DNA of 64,000 nt from Bacteroidota bacterium. GTDB lineage: Bacteria > Bacteroidota > Bacteroidia > Flavobacteriales > Flavobacteriaceae. Under the pieces are notes generated by a model, which worked only from the letters and a program-made list of their open reading frames with translations, ran no database searches and was not told the origin of the DNA. Location: positions 10,449 to 74,448 of the forward strand of contig JAQCDS010000003.1 of the NCBI GenBank assembly GCA_027620655.1, given 5' to 3'. Within the stretch, counting starts at the first letter, position 1. The number at the start of each line of letters is the position of its first letter. Made by a program: the position numbers and the translations under genes. Positions 19,206 through 29,483 of the stretch are shown piece by piece.

Positions 19206-19763
19206 ATGAACGAAGAAATTGAATTCATACTAGACAGTACCAAGGAAGCTATGGGAAAAGCCTTAAAGCACCTTGAAAAACAATTTGTAAACATCCGCGC
19301 TGGAAAAGCAAACCCTGCGATGCTAGGAAGCGTTACTGTAGATTATTATGGCACACAAACACCTCTCTCGCAAGTTGCCAATGTCAATACTCCAGATGGT
19401 CGTACTATAACTGTACAACCATGGGAAAAAAGTATGCTTCAAGACATAGAACATGCGATAATGGTAGCCAATCTTGGATTCAACCCTATGAACAATGGCG
19501 AAAGTATCATCATTAATGTGCCACCGCTTACTGAAGAGCGCCGACGAGAACTTGCAAAACAAGCAAAATCTGAAACGGAAGACGCTAAAATTTCTATTAG
19601 AGCTGCGCGAAAAGATGCCAATAATGAACTCAAAAAACTGAGCGACATTTCAGAAGATTTAAAGAAAAATACTGAAGAAGTTATCCAGCAAATGACCGAT
19701 ACTTATATTAAAAAATCTGACGCTCTTTTTTCTGCAAAAGAAAAAGAAATTCTTACGGTTTAA
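19206..19763 (+). CDS. frr: Ribosome recycling factor
   Basis: 185 aa with IRAGKANPAMLGSVTVDYYG and LTEERRRELAKQAK motifs. Confidence 0.95.
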   Translation: MNEEIEFILDSTKEAMGKALKHLEKQFVNIRAGKANPAMLGSVTVDYYGTQTPLSQVANVNTPDGRTITVQPWEKSMLQDIEHAIMVANLGFNPMNNGESIIINVPPLTEERRRELAKQAKSETEDAKISIRAARKDANNELKKLSDISEDLKKNTEEVIQQMTDTYIKKSDALFSAKEKEILTV

Positions 19764-19847
19764 TTCATTCTTTTGTCTCTTAATAAATTTAACTTTTTTT
19801 TTAAAAAGGCATTTCGAATTTATGCTTACAAATCCGTAGGTTTTCTA

Positions 19848-19855
19848 TACCTTTG
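19848..19855 (+). promoter_or_regulatory. Bacteroidetes -7 box for the MMPL transporter gene
   Basis: TACCTTTG, 19 nt upstream of the ATG at 19874. Confidence 0.4.
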
Positions 19856-19873
19856 ACGACTTCAAAATAAGGC

Positions 19874-22267
19874 ATGTTTAAAGTATTAACTTCAGGTTTT
19901 TGGGAAGCTGTTGCAAGACTCATTTTACGCAACAGAATAATTATACTTATTCTAATTGGGCTTGGTACTGGTCTTATGATCTCTCAATGGGGTAAAATGC
20001 GCTTTACATATACAGAGGCTAACTTGCTCCCCGATCGTCATCCCATAAACCTTGAATACAATACGTTTTTAGATGTTTTTGGTGAAGAAGGAAATGTAAT
20101 TGTTTTGGGAGTAAAAGACAGTACATTGCTTTCAGTAGAAAAACTCAATGCTTGGAATACGTTTTGCAAATCTTTTCAAAATAACAATAACATTGAAGCC
20201 ATTATTACTCTTCAAGATTTAAGAAAACTAACAAAAAATCAAAAAGACAAACAGTTTGACTTTGAACCTGTTATAAATGATTCTATACGGTCCAATGATG
20301 AACTAGAACAACTAAAAAAAACACTGTTTTCGGATTTCCCTTTTTATGATGAAATCCTATATAACAAAGATTCAAAAGCCATACGTTCTATTGTTTACTT
20401 AAAAAAATCTATTGTCAATACTTCCGTAAGAAAGGACTTTATTATGAAAGAATTGATTCCAAAAATTGAAGCTTTTGAAAAAGAGACAGCCCTAAATGTA
20501 CGAGCCTCTGGGATGCCTTATGTTCGAACACTTAATTCTCAAAACATTATTGATGAAATAGAGATTTTTATATTAGCCGCTATACTTATTACTTCTCTTA
20601 TATTCTATCTGTTTTTCCGTTCATACCGTGCAACATTTATTTCTATGTGTGTTGTTGTAATTGGAGTAATGTGGACCTTTGGAATTTTAGGGTTTCTGGA
20701 ATATGAAATTACGGTATTAACGGCGCTTATACCACCGCTCATAATTGTTATTGGTGTTCCTAATTGTATTTTCCTCATCAATAAATACCAACACGAAGTG
20801 AATAAGCATGGTAATAAAGCCAAGTCGCTTCAACGAGTTATAACAAAAGTTGGAAATGCAACTCTAATGACCAATACAACAACCGCCTCTGGTTTTGCTA
20901 CATTTGTCATTACTCAAAGTAAACTTCTAACAGAATTTGGAACAGTGGCCTCATTGAGTATTATGGCAATTTTTATTCTTTGTTTACTTATAATTCCTAT
21001 CATTTACAGCTATATGCCCATGCCCAAAGAAAAACATTTGGAGCATCTCAATAAGCGTTGGATCAATAAGTTAGGAGATTGGATAGAACATACTGTAAAA
21101 CATAAAAACATTACAATTTATTCCATTTCACTTGTTTTATTAGTTGCAAGTATTATTGGAATCTATCAAATAAAAACTTCTGGAAGTCTGCTAGAAGACA
21201 TGCCAAAAAGTGCAGAGTTTTTTAAAGATATTGAATTTTATGAAAAAGAATTCAATGGAGTAATGCCTTTAGAAATTCTTATTGATACAAAGCGTAAAAA
21301 AGGCGTTTTAAAAAGATCTACCTTGAAACGAATGGATGAACTAGAAAATCTCATTCTAGAAATTCCTGAACTCTCCAAACCAGTTTCCGTAGTAAGTCTT
21401 GTAAAATATGCGAAGCAAGCCTATTACAATGGAAATCCAAAATACTATCAGTTGCCAACAGCTCAAGAAAATGCGTTTATTTTATCATATGCAAAAAACA
21501 CGACAAACGATGTGAGTTTGCTAAAAAGCTATGTAGATTCTACAGGGCAATATGCACGTATTACAACGTTTATGAAAAATGCAAAAATTGATAAAATGGA
21601 ACGTATAGAGGAAAAGTTAAATGAAAAAATAAACAAGCTTTTCCCCGAAGACCACTACAATGTAAATTTGACTGGAAAAGCATTTTTATTTCAAAAAGGC
21701 ACTAATTTTCTAATTCGAAATTTAATTCTTTCATTAGCCTTGGCCATAGTTCTAATTTCATTGTTTATGGCCTATATGTTTAGATCGTTTAGAATGATTG
21801 TTATCTCTCTAATTCCAAATTTATTACCACTATTGGTTACTGCAGGAGTTATGGGATATTTGGGTGTGCCTATAAAACCTTCCACAATCTTAGTGTTTAG
21901 TATTGCTTTTGGAATTTCTGTAGACGATACCATTCACTTTTTGGCAAAATATAGGCAAGAACTTCTTACCAATCATTGGCGTATAAAAAAATCTATTTTT
22001 GCAGCTCTACGAGAAACTGGAGTCAGTATGTTTTATACTTCAATTGTTTTATTCTTTGGATTCTCTGTATTTATTACTTCCAATTTTGGAGGTACAGTCG
22101 CGCTAGGTGCTCTTATTTCTGGAACTCTTTTACTAGCAATGATGGCCAATCTATTGTTGTTGCCAGTGTTACTTCTATCGCTAGAACGCAGTATTGCTAA
22201 CAAACAAGTTCTTAAAGAGCCTCCACTGAATATCATTCCAGAGATTGAAGATTACGAAGAAGAATAA
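19874..22267 (+). CDS. MMPL/RND-superfamily transporter (two 6-TM bundles with sterol-sensing-like domains)
   Basis: 797 aa with two repeats, each a large extracytoplasmic loop plus a TM cluster. Confidence 0.75.
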   Translation: MFKVLTSGFWEAVARLILRNRIIILILIGLGTGLMISQWGKMRFTYTEANLLPDRHPINLEYNTFLDVFGEEGNVIVLGVKDSTLLSVEKLNAWNTFCKSFQNNNNIEAIITLQDLRKLTKNQKDKQFDFEPVINDSIRSNDELEQLKKTLFSDFPFYDEILYNKDSKAIRSIVYLKKSIVNTSVRKDFIMKELIPKIEAFEKETALNVRASGMPYVRTLNSQNIIDEIEIFILAAILITSLIFYLFFRSYRATFISMCVVVIGVMWTFGILGFLEYEITVLTALIPPLIIVIGVPNCIFLINKYQHEVNKHGNKAKSLQRVITKVGNATLMTNTTTASGFATFVITQSKLLTEFGTVASLSIMAIFILCLLIIPIIYSYMPMPKEKHLEHLNKRWINKLGDWIEHTVKHKNITIYSISLVLLVASIIGIYQIKTSGSLLEDMPKSAEFFKDIEFYEKEFNGVMPLEILIDTKRKKGVLKRSTLKRMDELENLILEIPELSKPVSVVSLVKYAKQAYYNGNPKYYQLPTAQENAFILSYAKNTTNDVSLLKSYVDSTGQYARITTFMKNAKIDKMERIEEKLNEKINKLFPEDHYNVNLTGKAFLFQKGTNFLIRNLILSLALAIVLISLFMAYMFRSFRMIVISLIPNLLPLLVTAGVMGYLGVPIKPSTILVFSIAFGISVDDTIHFLAKYRQELLTNHWRIKKSIFAALRETGVSMFYTSIVLFFGFSVFITSNFGGTVALGALISGTLLLAMMANLLLLPVLLLSLERSIANKQVLKEPPLNIIPEIEDYEEE

Positions 22268-22295
22268 ATATCCTTATTCTTTGTTTCTAAAGTTT

Positions 22296-22303
22296 TATAT
22301 TTG
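22296..22303 (+). promoter_or_regulatory. Bacteroidetes -7 box for asnS
   Basis: TATATTTG, 20 nt upstream of the ATG at 22323. Confidence 0.45.
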
Positions 22304-22322
22304 TGGCTAATTTTAGTTAAAC

Positions 22323-23765
22323 ATGATTACGAGCACAGTAGCAGAGCTTTTTACACAAGAAATTAAACACATAGATGTTGAGATTAAAGGATGGGTTAAA
22401 TCTTTTAGAGCAAATCGATTTATAGCCTTAAATGATGGGTCAACACTTCGAAACATTCAGTGCGTTGTGGATTTTGAATCTATGGAAGAAGCACTACTAA
22501 AGCGAATCACAACTGGGGCCGCAGTTCATATAAAAGGAAGTCTTGTTGAAAGTCAGGGGAAAGGGCAAGATGTTGAAATTCAAGTTTCTAGTATAGAAAT
22601 ATTAGGTGATGCAGATCCTGAATTGGTGTCAAAAACAATTTTACAACCAAAACGCCACTCATTAGAATTCTTGCGAGAGCAAGCTCACCTTCGAGCACGA
22701 ACCAACACCTTTGGTGCTGTAATGCGATTGAGATCGGCGCTCTCATTTGCTGTTCATGATTATTTTCATAAAAATGGATTCAACTATATGCATGCCCCCA
22801 TCATCACTGGAAGTGATGCAGAGGGTGCTGGTGAGATGTTTCGAGTCACCACTTTAGATCCAAAAAACCCACCACTTACAGACTCCGGTGAAATCGATTA
22901 TACAAAAGACTTCTTTGGAAAAGAAACTAACCTTACCGTTTCTGGACAGTTAGAAGCCGAAACCTATGCCATGGCACTTGGTAAAGTCTATACTTTTGGT
23001 CCAACATTTAGAGCCGAAAATTCTAATACTTCAAGACACCTCGCAGAATTTTGGATGATAGAACCTGAAGTTGCTTTTATGGATTTAGAAGGAAATATGG
23101 ATCTTGCAGAAGATTTTCTAAAATATGTTATTGGATATGTGCTAAAAAATAATGTAGAGGATCTTGCTTTTCTTGAACAACGTTTGGAACAAGAAGAACA
23201 ATCAAAACCTCAAAATGAACGCAGCACTATGCGTCTGACCGAAAAATTAAACTTTGTTTTGGACAATAACTTTAAGCGTGTAAGTTATTCTGAAGCAATT
23301 GATATTTTAAGAAATAGCAACCCCAACAAAAAGAAAAAATTCAAATACCCAATCAATGAGTGGGGAGCAGATTTACAAAGTGAACATGAACGCTTTTTAG
23401 TTGAAAAACATTTCAAATGCCCTGTTATTTTATTTGACTATCCTGCCAATATTAAAGCATTTTATATGCGTTTGAATGAAGATGGAAAAACAGTTCGTGC
23501 TATGGATATTTTATTCCCTGGAATTGGAGAAATTGTAGGCGGATCGCAAAGAGAAGAGCGCCTAGAAATTCTTAAAGAAAAAATGGCGGTACTTAATATT
23601 CCAGAAGAAGAACTTTGGTGGTATTTAGATCTTAGAACCTATGGTACAGCAGTGCATTCTGGGTTTGGTCTTGGTTTTGAAAGATTGGTCATGTTTGCTA
23701 CCGGGATGAGTAATATTAGAGATGTAATTCCTTACCCAAGAACCCCGCAAAATGCAGAATTTTAA
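22323..23765 (+). CDS. asnS: Asparagine--tRNA ligase
   Basis: Class IIb synthetase: OB-fold N-terminus, FRAENSNTSRHLAEFWMIEPE (motif 2) and GFGLGFERL (motif 3). Confidence 0.9.
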   Translation: MITSTVAELFTQEIKHIDVEIKGWVKSFRANRFIALNDGSTLRNIQCVVDFESMEEALLKRITTGAAVHIKGSLVESQGKGQDVEIQVSSIEILGDADPELVSKTILQPKRHSLEFLREQAHLRARTNTFGAVMRLRSALSFAVHDYFHKNGFNYMHAPIITGSDAEGAGEMFRVTTLDPKNPPLTDSGEIDYTKDFFGKETNLTVSGQLEAETYAMALGKVYTFGPTFRAENSNTSRHLAEFWMIEPEVAFMDLEGNMDLAEDFLKYVIGYVLKNNVEDLAFLEQRLEQEEQSKPQNERSTMRLTEKLNFVLDNNFKRVSYSEAIDILRNSNPNKKKKFKYPINEWGADLQSEHERFLVEKHFKCPVILFDYPANIKAFYMRLNEDGKTVRAMDILFPGIGEIVGGSQREERLEILKEKMAVLNIPEEELWWYLDLRTYGTAVHSGFGLGFERLVMFATGMSNIRDVIPYPRTPQNAEF

Positions 23766-23857
23766 GTACTAAACAAGCTAAAAAGAGAGAATTAATTAAA
23801 ATTAGAGTTCTGTATTCTCATTTGTTTTTTTTAATTTTATATAAACCCAAATAAGCA

Positions 23858-25312
23858 ATGCTAAAGCAGTACTTACAATTTAAACTTTCACAAAAACTGT
23901 CTCCACAACAGATTCAGTTGATGAAACTCATTCAGTTACCTACACAAGCTTTTGAACAACGACTCAAGCAAGAGCTTGAAGAAAATCCTGCTTTGGAACG
24001 TGGCAAAGAGAATGCCACAGAAGATTTTGATGATACATACTCTGATCAAGATTTTGGGGATAATGAACAAATAAATGCTGACGATATTAATGTCGATGAA
24101 TACCTCAGCGATGATGAAATTCCATCGTATCGACTACACGCCAATAATTACAGTGCAGATGATGAGTCGAAAACAATTCCTTATGCCGCTGGAACATCAT
24201 TTACACAACAACTAACAGATCAGCTTAATACATTTCGATTAAATGATAACGATTATCAAATTGCTAAATTTCTTATTGGCAGTATAGACGATAGCGGCTA
24301 CATTCGAAGACCACTGCTAGATTTGATGGATGATTTAGCATTTACCCAAAATATTTATACTGATATTGAAACCATTGAAAACGTTCTCAATGTTGTACAA
24401 CAACTTGATCCTCCAGGTGTTGGAGCAAGAGACTTACAAGAATGTTTACTGATTCAATTGCAAAGAAAAGTACAAACCCCAAACACAGAGCTTGCTGCAG
24501 CAATGATTGAAAATGCTTTTGAACAATTCACAAAAAAACACTATCAAAAGCTACTCAAAAAATTTAGCATCACTGAAATTCAACTAAAAGATGCTATCAT
24601 AGAGATTGAACGACTGAACCCAAAACCTGGAAGTTCTTTTTCTAATAATTTACGCTCAATTGAGCATGTTGTTCCTGATTTTACCATTAAAATTGTTGAC
24701 GGCGAATTAGAGCTTTCGCTCAATGGGCGAAATGCACCAGAATTGCATGTTTCAAAATCTTACAATGAAATGTTGCTTGGATATAAAGCTTCAAAAGAAA
24801 AATCTAAAGCCCAAAAAGAGGCGGTACTATTCATCAAGCAAAAACTTGATGCTGCTAAATGGTTTATTGATGCCATCCGACAACGTCAGCAAACGCTACT
24901 TCTTACGATGAGCGCCATAATGCATTACCAAAAAGATTATTTTTTGTCTGGTGACGAAGAGCAACTTCGCCCCATGATTCTTAAAGATATTGCCGATGAA
25001 GTTGATATGGATGTCTCTACAATCTCTAGAGTAGCTAATAGCAAATATGTAGACACTCCATATGGAACTAAACTCATCAAAGAATTCTTTAGCGAATCGA
25101 TGACCAATGACCAAGGCGAAGAGGTGTCAACACGAGAAATTAAAAGTATTTTGAAAACTGTAATTTCTGAAGAAGACAAGAAAAAACCTTTGACTGACGA
25201 AAAACTTGCCAAAATTCTTAAAGAAAAAGGCTACCCTATTGCACGGCGTACAGTCGCAAAATATAGAGAGCAATTAGATCTTCCTGTAGCAAGATTACGT
25301 AAAGAAATTTAA
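23858..25312 (+). CDS. rpoN: RNA polymerase sigma-54 factor
   Basis: Gln-rich N-terminus, acidic region II, and C-terminal RpoN box ARRTVAKYREQL. Confidence 0.95.
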   Translation: MLKQYLQFKLSQKLSPQQIQLMKLIQLPTQAFEQRLKQELEENPALERGKENATEDFDDTYSDQDFGDNEQINADDINVDEYLSDDEIPSYRLHANNYSADDESKTIPYAAGTSFTQQLTDQLNTFRLNDNDYQIAKFLIGSIDDSGYIRRPLLDLMDDLAFTQNIYTDIETIENVLNVVQQLDPPGVGARDLQECLLIQLQRKVQTPNTELAAAMIENAFEQFTKKHYQKLLKKFSITEIQLKDAIIEIERLNPKPGSSFSNNLRSIEHVVPDFTIKIVDGELELSLNGRNAPELHVSKSYNEMLLGYKASKEKSKAQKEAVLFIKQKLDAAKWFIDAIRQRQQTLLLTMSAIMHYQKDYFLSGDEEQLRPMILKDIADEVDMDVSTISRVANSKYVDTPYGTKLIKEFFSESMTNDQGEEVSTREIKSILKTVISEEDKKKPLTDEKLAKILKEKGYPIARRTVAKYREQLDLPVARLRKEI

Positions 25313-25313
25313 A

Positions 25314-25757
25314 CTATACTTTCTTAATTACATTTGTAACAATCCCCCAAATGACAAAGTCATTTTCTGGAGTAATTTGTATGGGTTTATAATTTTTGTT
25401 TTCTGGTTGTAACCAAACTTCTCCTTTTTCAACCCTTAATCGTTTTACTGTAAATTCTCCATCTAAAAAACAAACTGCAATCCTATTGTGCTCTGGCGTA
25501 AGACTTCTGTCAATTACTAACAAATCATTATCATTAAGTCCAGCATCTATCATCGATTGGCCACTTACTCGTGCAAAAAAAGTGGCTTCTTTGTTTTTGA
25601 TAAGCTCAGAATCTAACGACAACCGATCTTGCTTAAAATCATCGGCAGGAGAAGGAAACCCAGCAGAAATTCCTGTATCAAAATAAATAGCGCCTAAATT
25701 GTTTTCTGGTGGGGTTGGAATAAAAAAAGTTAAAGCTTTATTGGTTTTTTTTGACAT
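25314..25757 (-). CDS. umuD: UmuD-like S24 peptidase (translesion polymerase V accessory/autoproteolytic subunit)
   Basis: S24 Ser/Lys dyad context (VSGQSMIDAG ... FTVKRL). 147 aa. Overlaps the end of the Y-family polymerase gene. Confidence 0.8.
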   Translation of the reverse strand: MSKKTNKALTFFIPTPPENNLGAIYFDTGISAGFPSPADDFKQDRLSLDSELIKNKEATFFARVSGQSMIDAGLNDNDLLVIDRSLTPEHNRIAVCFLDGEFTVKRLRVEKGEVWLQPENKNYKPIQITPENDFVIWGIVTNVIKKV

Positions 25758-27010
25758 TGAACTGTAATTACATCTTTTAAATTGGTGGTGTACTGTGGAG
25801 ATAAATGTTCTTGACGCATTTTCCAGGTACGTGTTAAATCTTGGTTGGCTAATTTGAGTTTTGGAGCTTGGTATTTTTTATTAATATGATCAATGGTACG
25901 CATCAAAGGCTTGTGACGTACATCTTCGTGATCAAACATTTGTAATTGATGGTTGTGTGTGGGAACAATTCCTGTAAGAATCACTCCAGCTTTTTTGTAA
26001 TGAATTCCTTTTTTATAAAGAGCACTAATCGCTTTAACAGCACTTGAACTGAGAATTAAACTTGAATCTGTAGGAAAAGGAATACTCACTATTTTACTTG
26101 CTCGATATTGCTCACTATTCGTTTTAAATCGATCGCTACGTAAAAAAACAATCATCATATGACAACTTGAATTTTGACGGCGTAATTTTTCGGCACAACT
26201 CATAGCAAAAGTTGATATGCGTTCCTTCAAATCGGTAAGCTCTGTAAGTGTTGTTTCAAAACTTCTGGTGGTTGCAATAGCGCGCTTATTTTTGACTTGC
26301 TCCATGTCTATTTTCGAAATTCCTTCTAAATCTTTCTTTAGCTTCCACTCAGTAATAGAAAATGTTTTGCGAACCCAAAGGTCCGGAAGTTGCACAAAGT
26401 CAAAGGCGGTTTTACATTGTTTTTGTGCCAAACGTTTATTTAGTGCATATCCAATACCCCATACTTTGTCAATGGAAGTCCATTTTAGAGCCTTTATACG
26501 CTTCTCTTCGCTGTCAATAACATAAACCCCTCCTGTTTCTTTAGGAAATTTTCGAGCTATTTTGTTAGCAATTTTACAAAGTGCTTTTGTGGGGGCAATT
26601 CCCACACAAGTTGGAATTCCAGTCCATTTCAGAATGCGATTACGAATGTCGTGGCCATAAGTGTTTAAGTCATAATTTTCGAATCCTTTAAATTGTAAAA
26701 AAGCTTCATCAATACTATACACCTCAACATCGGGAGTAAACTGCTCCAAAATACGCATCACACGACTACTCATATCACCATAAAGGGGATAATTTGATGA
26801 AAAAACTTGCACATCATGTACATTGAAAAACGCTTTGTACTTAAATGCAGGAGCCCCCATAGGTAATCCAAGCGCTTTAACTTCATCACTTCGTGCAACG
26901 ACACAGCCATCGTTATTGGATAAAATAGCAACAGGTTTACCCTGTAAATTAGGATTAAAAACGCGCTCACAAGACGCATAAAAATTATTACAATCAACCA
27001 ATGCAAACAT
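25730..27010 (-). CDS. umuC: Y-family DNA polymerase (UmuC-like)
   Basis: N-terminus MFALVDCNNFYASCERVFNP and YSIDEAFL motif. Confidence 0.85.
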   Translation of the reverse strand: MFALVDCNNFYASCERVFNPNLQGKPVAILSNNDGCVVARSDEVKALGLPMGAPAFKYKAFFNVHDVQVFSSNYPLYGDMSSRVMRILEQFTPDVEVYSIDEAFLQFKGFENYDLNTYGHDIRNRILKWTGIPTCVGIAPTKALCKIANKIARKFPKETGGVYVIDSEEKRIKALKWTSIDKVWGIGYALNKRLAQKQCKTAFDFVQLPDLWVRKTFSITEWKLKKDLEGISKIDMEQVKNKRAIATTRSFETTLTELTDLKERISTFAMSCAEKLRRQNSSCHMMIVFLRSDRFKTNSEQYRASKIVSIPFPTDSSLILSSSAVKAISALYKKGIHYKKAGVILTGIVPTHNHQLQMFDHEDVRHKPLMRTIDHINKKYQAPKLKLANQDLTRTWKMRQEHLSPQYTTNLKDVITVQCQKKPIKL

Positions 27011-27053
27011 GTCCTAAAGGTACCGTATTTCTGTTCTTTTTTAAAATATAAAT

Positions 27054-27074
27054 TGTAATTTATTTTAATTTACA
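27054..27074. promoter_or_regulatory. Imperfect palindrome upstream of umuC (candidate operator)
   Basis: TGTAATTTA-TTT-TAATTTACA, arms matching 8 of 9, 44-64 nt upstream of the umuC ATG. The background is AT-rich, so a chance match is possible. Confidence 0.2.
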
Positions 27075-27142
27075 GTGGCAATTTAAACAAAACATTTAGC
27101 ATTATTTATTGAGTAATTGCTAGCTTGGTTTGTGGATTTATA

Positions 27143-27150
27143 TACCTTTG
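27143..27150 (+). promoter_or_regulatory. Bacteroidetes -7 box for the 602-aa TonB-dependent receptor
   Basis: TACCTTTG, 36 nt upstream of the ATG at 27186. Confidence 0.4.
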
Positions 27151-27185
27151 TCTCTTATTTTAAAACCTACAAAAAATAAATTAAA

Positions 27186-28994
27186 ATGAAAAAGGCATTT
27201 AGAACATTAGCCCTTATTGCAGTTTTTACAGCGCAATACAGTATTGCACAACAGATACAATCATTGGATTCAATTACTATTGAATCGGCAAGAATAGACT
27301 TGCCTTTTAAGGAAAACTCACGAACAATTAGTGTAATTAGTGCAGATGTTATCGCACAAAGCCCTGCTACAAATTTGGCAGAACTATTGCAACAAGAAGC
27401 AGGTATTGACATTCGCCGTCAAGGAGTGAATGGTATGCAATCCGACTTGTATATTCGTGGTGGAAGTTTTGATCAAACGCTTTTGCTTATTGATGGCATA
27501 AAAGTTGAAGATCCACAAACAGGGCATCATACGTTGAATATTGCATTGCCTTTAGAGGTCATTAAACGCATTGAAATTATTAAAGGCCCTGCAGCACGGA
27601 TTTTTGGACAAAATGCATTTACAGGCGCAATAAATATTGTAACCAAATCTAACGGTAATCTAAAAAATAATGTTGGATTTCAATTAGGGTCATACAATCA
27701 ACATCACTCATCGGCTACGGTAGGAAAAAGCTTAGGAAATACAAATCTTATGGGACATGCTTCAGTTAATAGTTCTGATGGATATCGTTATAATACAGAT
27801 TTCAATAATCAAAATTACTTTCTAAAAAGTAGTTTTAATACGAATACAAACCCTATTGATGTTATTGCAACATTTTCGGAGCGCAAATTTGGAGGGAATC
27901 AATTTTATGCCATAGATGCTAAAGAACAGTACGAAGAAACTCAGAGTAGTTTAGTAGGAATTTCAACAACATGGAATCGTGATCGCTTAAAAATAACCCC
28001 GCAACTTTACTGGAAACGCAATCAGGACATGTATTTATACATTAGAAATAATCCTTCTGTTTATAGAAACTTACATATTTCTAATAAAGTAGGAGCTCAA
28101 ATAAATGCTTCATACGCTTCAAAAATAGGGGTTACTGGTTTTGGTGTAGATGTAGCAAAAGTTGATATGAACAGTAATCGTTTGGGTGATAGAAATCGCT
28201 GGATGGGGAATCTCTTTTTAGAGCATCGTTTCTCTTTTTTGAACAATAAATTAGATATTACACCTGGTGTAGCTATCAACTACTTTTCAGAGTTTGACTT
28301 TAATGCTTTTCCAGGGATTGATTTAGGATATACGATTAACGATAACTTTAGGGTTTATGCCAACGCAGGATACACCTATCGTGTGCCAACTTATAACGAT
28401 CTTTATTATGTTGGCAGCAAGGATATTGGAAATGAAAATTTGGTGCCTGAAAAAGCCATTTCTGAAGAAATTGGTTTAAAATACTTTGGTGAAAAAATCA
28501 CTGCTGCAATAGCATTCTTCAATAGAGATTCTGACAACCTAATTGACTATACAAAAGATAACGAAGAGGACAAATGGCAATCTAATAATCTTAAAAGTTT
28601 AAATTCCAATGGAATTGAATTGCAGTTTTCATCGCCATTTAAAATAGCACAATACACGCAAAATTTCAACTTTGGATACACCTATCTAAATGAAGATTTA
28701 AAAGCTGTAAGGTCTAATTTTTCAAAATATATCATTAATTCTCTAAAGCATCATTTTACGGCGAATTTAAGAACGCAGTTTACAAAAAACTTGTCGCAGA
28801 GTATTGTTTATAAATTTGCCGAAAGAGCAACAGGCGAAAGCTATGGTGTAGTTGATGCGCAAATAAAACTAACACTTTCTGGTCTTGAACTTAGTGTTAG
28901 TGGGAATAATATTTTTAACGCATCTTACGTTGAAACTGGGATTGTCCCTATGCCAAAAGGGAATGTTTTATTTGGGCTTCGTACCTTTTTCTAA
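27186..28994 (+). CDS. TonB-dependent receptor (small, BtuB/CirA-size)
   Basis: Signal peptide, plug domain (DLYIRGGSFDQTLLLIDGIKVEDP), 22-strand-type barrel, and C-terminal aromatic ...GLRTFF. Confidence 0.85.
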   Translation: MKKAFRTLALIAVFTAQYSIAQQIQSLDSITIESARIDLPFKENSRTISVISADVIAQSPATNLAELLQQEAGIDIRRQGVNGMQSDLYIRGGSFDQTLLLIDGIKVEDPQTGHHTLNIALPLEVIKRIEIIKGPAARIFGQNAFTGAINIVTKSNGNLKNNVGFQLGSYNQHHSSATVGKSLGNTNLMGHASVNSSDGYRYNTDFNNQNYFLKSSFNTNTNPIDVIATFSERKFGGNQFYAIDAKEQYEETQSSLVGISTTWNRDRLKITPQLYWKRNQDMYLYIRNNPSVYRNLHISNKVGAQINASYASKIGVTGFGVDVAKVDMNSNRLGDRNRWMGNLFLEHRFSFLNNKLDITPGVAINYFSEFDFNAFPGIDLGYTINDNFRVYANAGYTYRVPTYNDLYYVGSKDIGNENLVPEKAISEEIGLKYFGEKITAAIAFFNRDSDNLIDYTKDNEEDKWQSNNLKSLNSNGIELQFSSPFKIAQYTQNFNFGYTYLNEDLKAVRSNFSKYIINSLKHHFTANLRTQFTKNLSQSIVYKFAERATGESYGVVDAQIKLTLSGLELSVSGNNIFNASYVETGIVPMPKGNVLFGLRTFF

Positions 28995-29006
28995 AAAGAC
29001 GATTAT

Positions 29007-29483
29007 TTAATTAAAAAGCTGGTTGACCTTTTCATATACAAGATGAGATTCCCATCCTCTGTATAAGAGATAGTCTGTCAGTTTTTTCTTTTTCTTTAGT
29101 TTGGAGTTTCCAAAAAGTGAAGTTGCTTTCCTTTCAGCCAAAGCTTCAAAAGTTGCTTTGTAATCATCTTTAGAAATTTGATTTATAGCTTTGTTTATAA
29201 TGTATTTTGAAATTTGACGTTGCTTAAGTTCAGATACTAAACGTCGCTTTCCCCACTTTTTTATTCTAAATTTTCCTCGGACATAGGCCAATGCAAAACG
29301 CTCTTCATTTAAAAAATTTCCTTCTATAAGTTTCAAAATAATTTGTTCTGATGCCTGTGAAATCATTTGCATTTCCTTGAGTTTTTGGGCAACTTCTTTG
29401 TGGCAACGGTCTTGATTGGAACAATACTTTTGAAGTTTTACAAGAGCTTCTTCAATAGTATATGTTTTTTTTGGAGGAAACAT
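29007..29483 (-). CDS. recX: RecX-family regulatory protein
   Basis: 158-aa helical-repeat protein. N-terminus ...LQKYCSNQDRCHKEVAQKL is typical of Bacteroidetes RecX. The ATG overlaps the upstream stop (TAATG). Confidence 0.7.
   Translation of the reverse strand: MFPPKKTYTIEEALVKLQKYCSNQDRCHKEVAQKLKEMQMISQASEQIILKLIEGNFLNEERFALAYVRGKFRIKKWGKRRLVSELKQRQISKYIINKAINQISKDDYKATFEALAERKATSLFGNSKLKKKKKLTDYLLYRGWESHLVYEKVNQLFN

Noticed and set aside
25396-26525. Plus-strand ORFs of 96 and 102 aa
   Set aside because: They are antisense to umuD and umuC.
27011-27185. Possible cobalamin or other riboswitch in front of the small TonB-dependent receptor
   Set aside because: The leader after the -7 box is only about 36 nt. 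I see no B12-box-like or other conserved riboswitch core.
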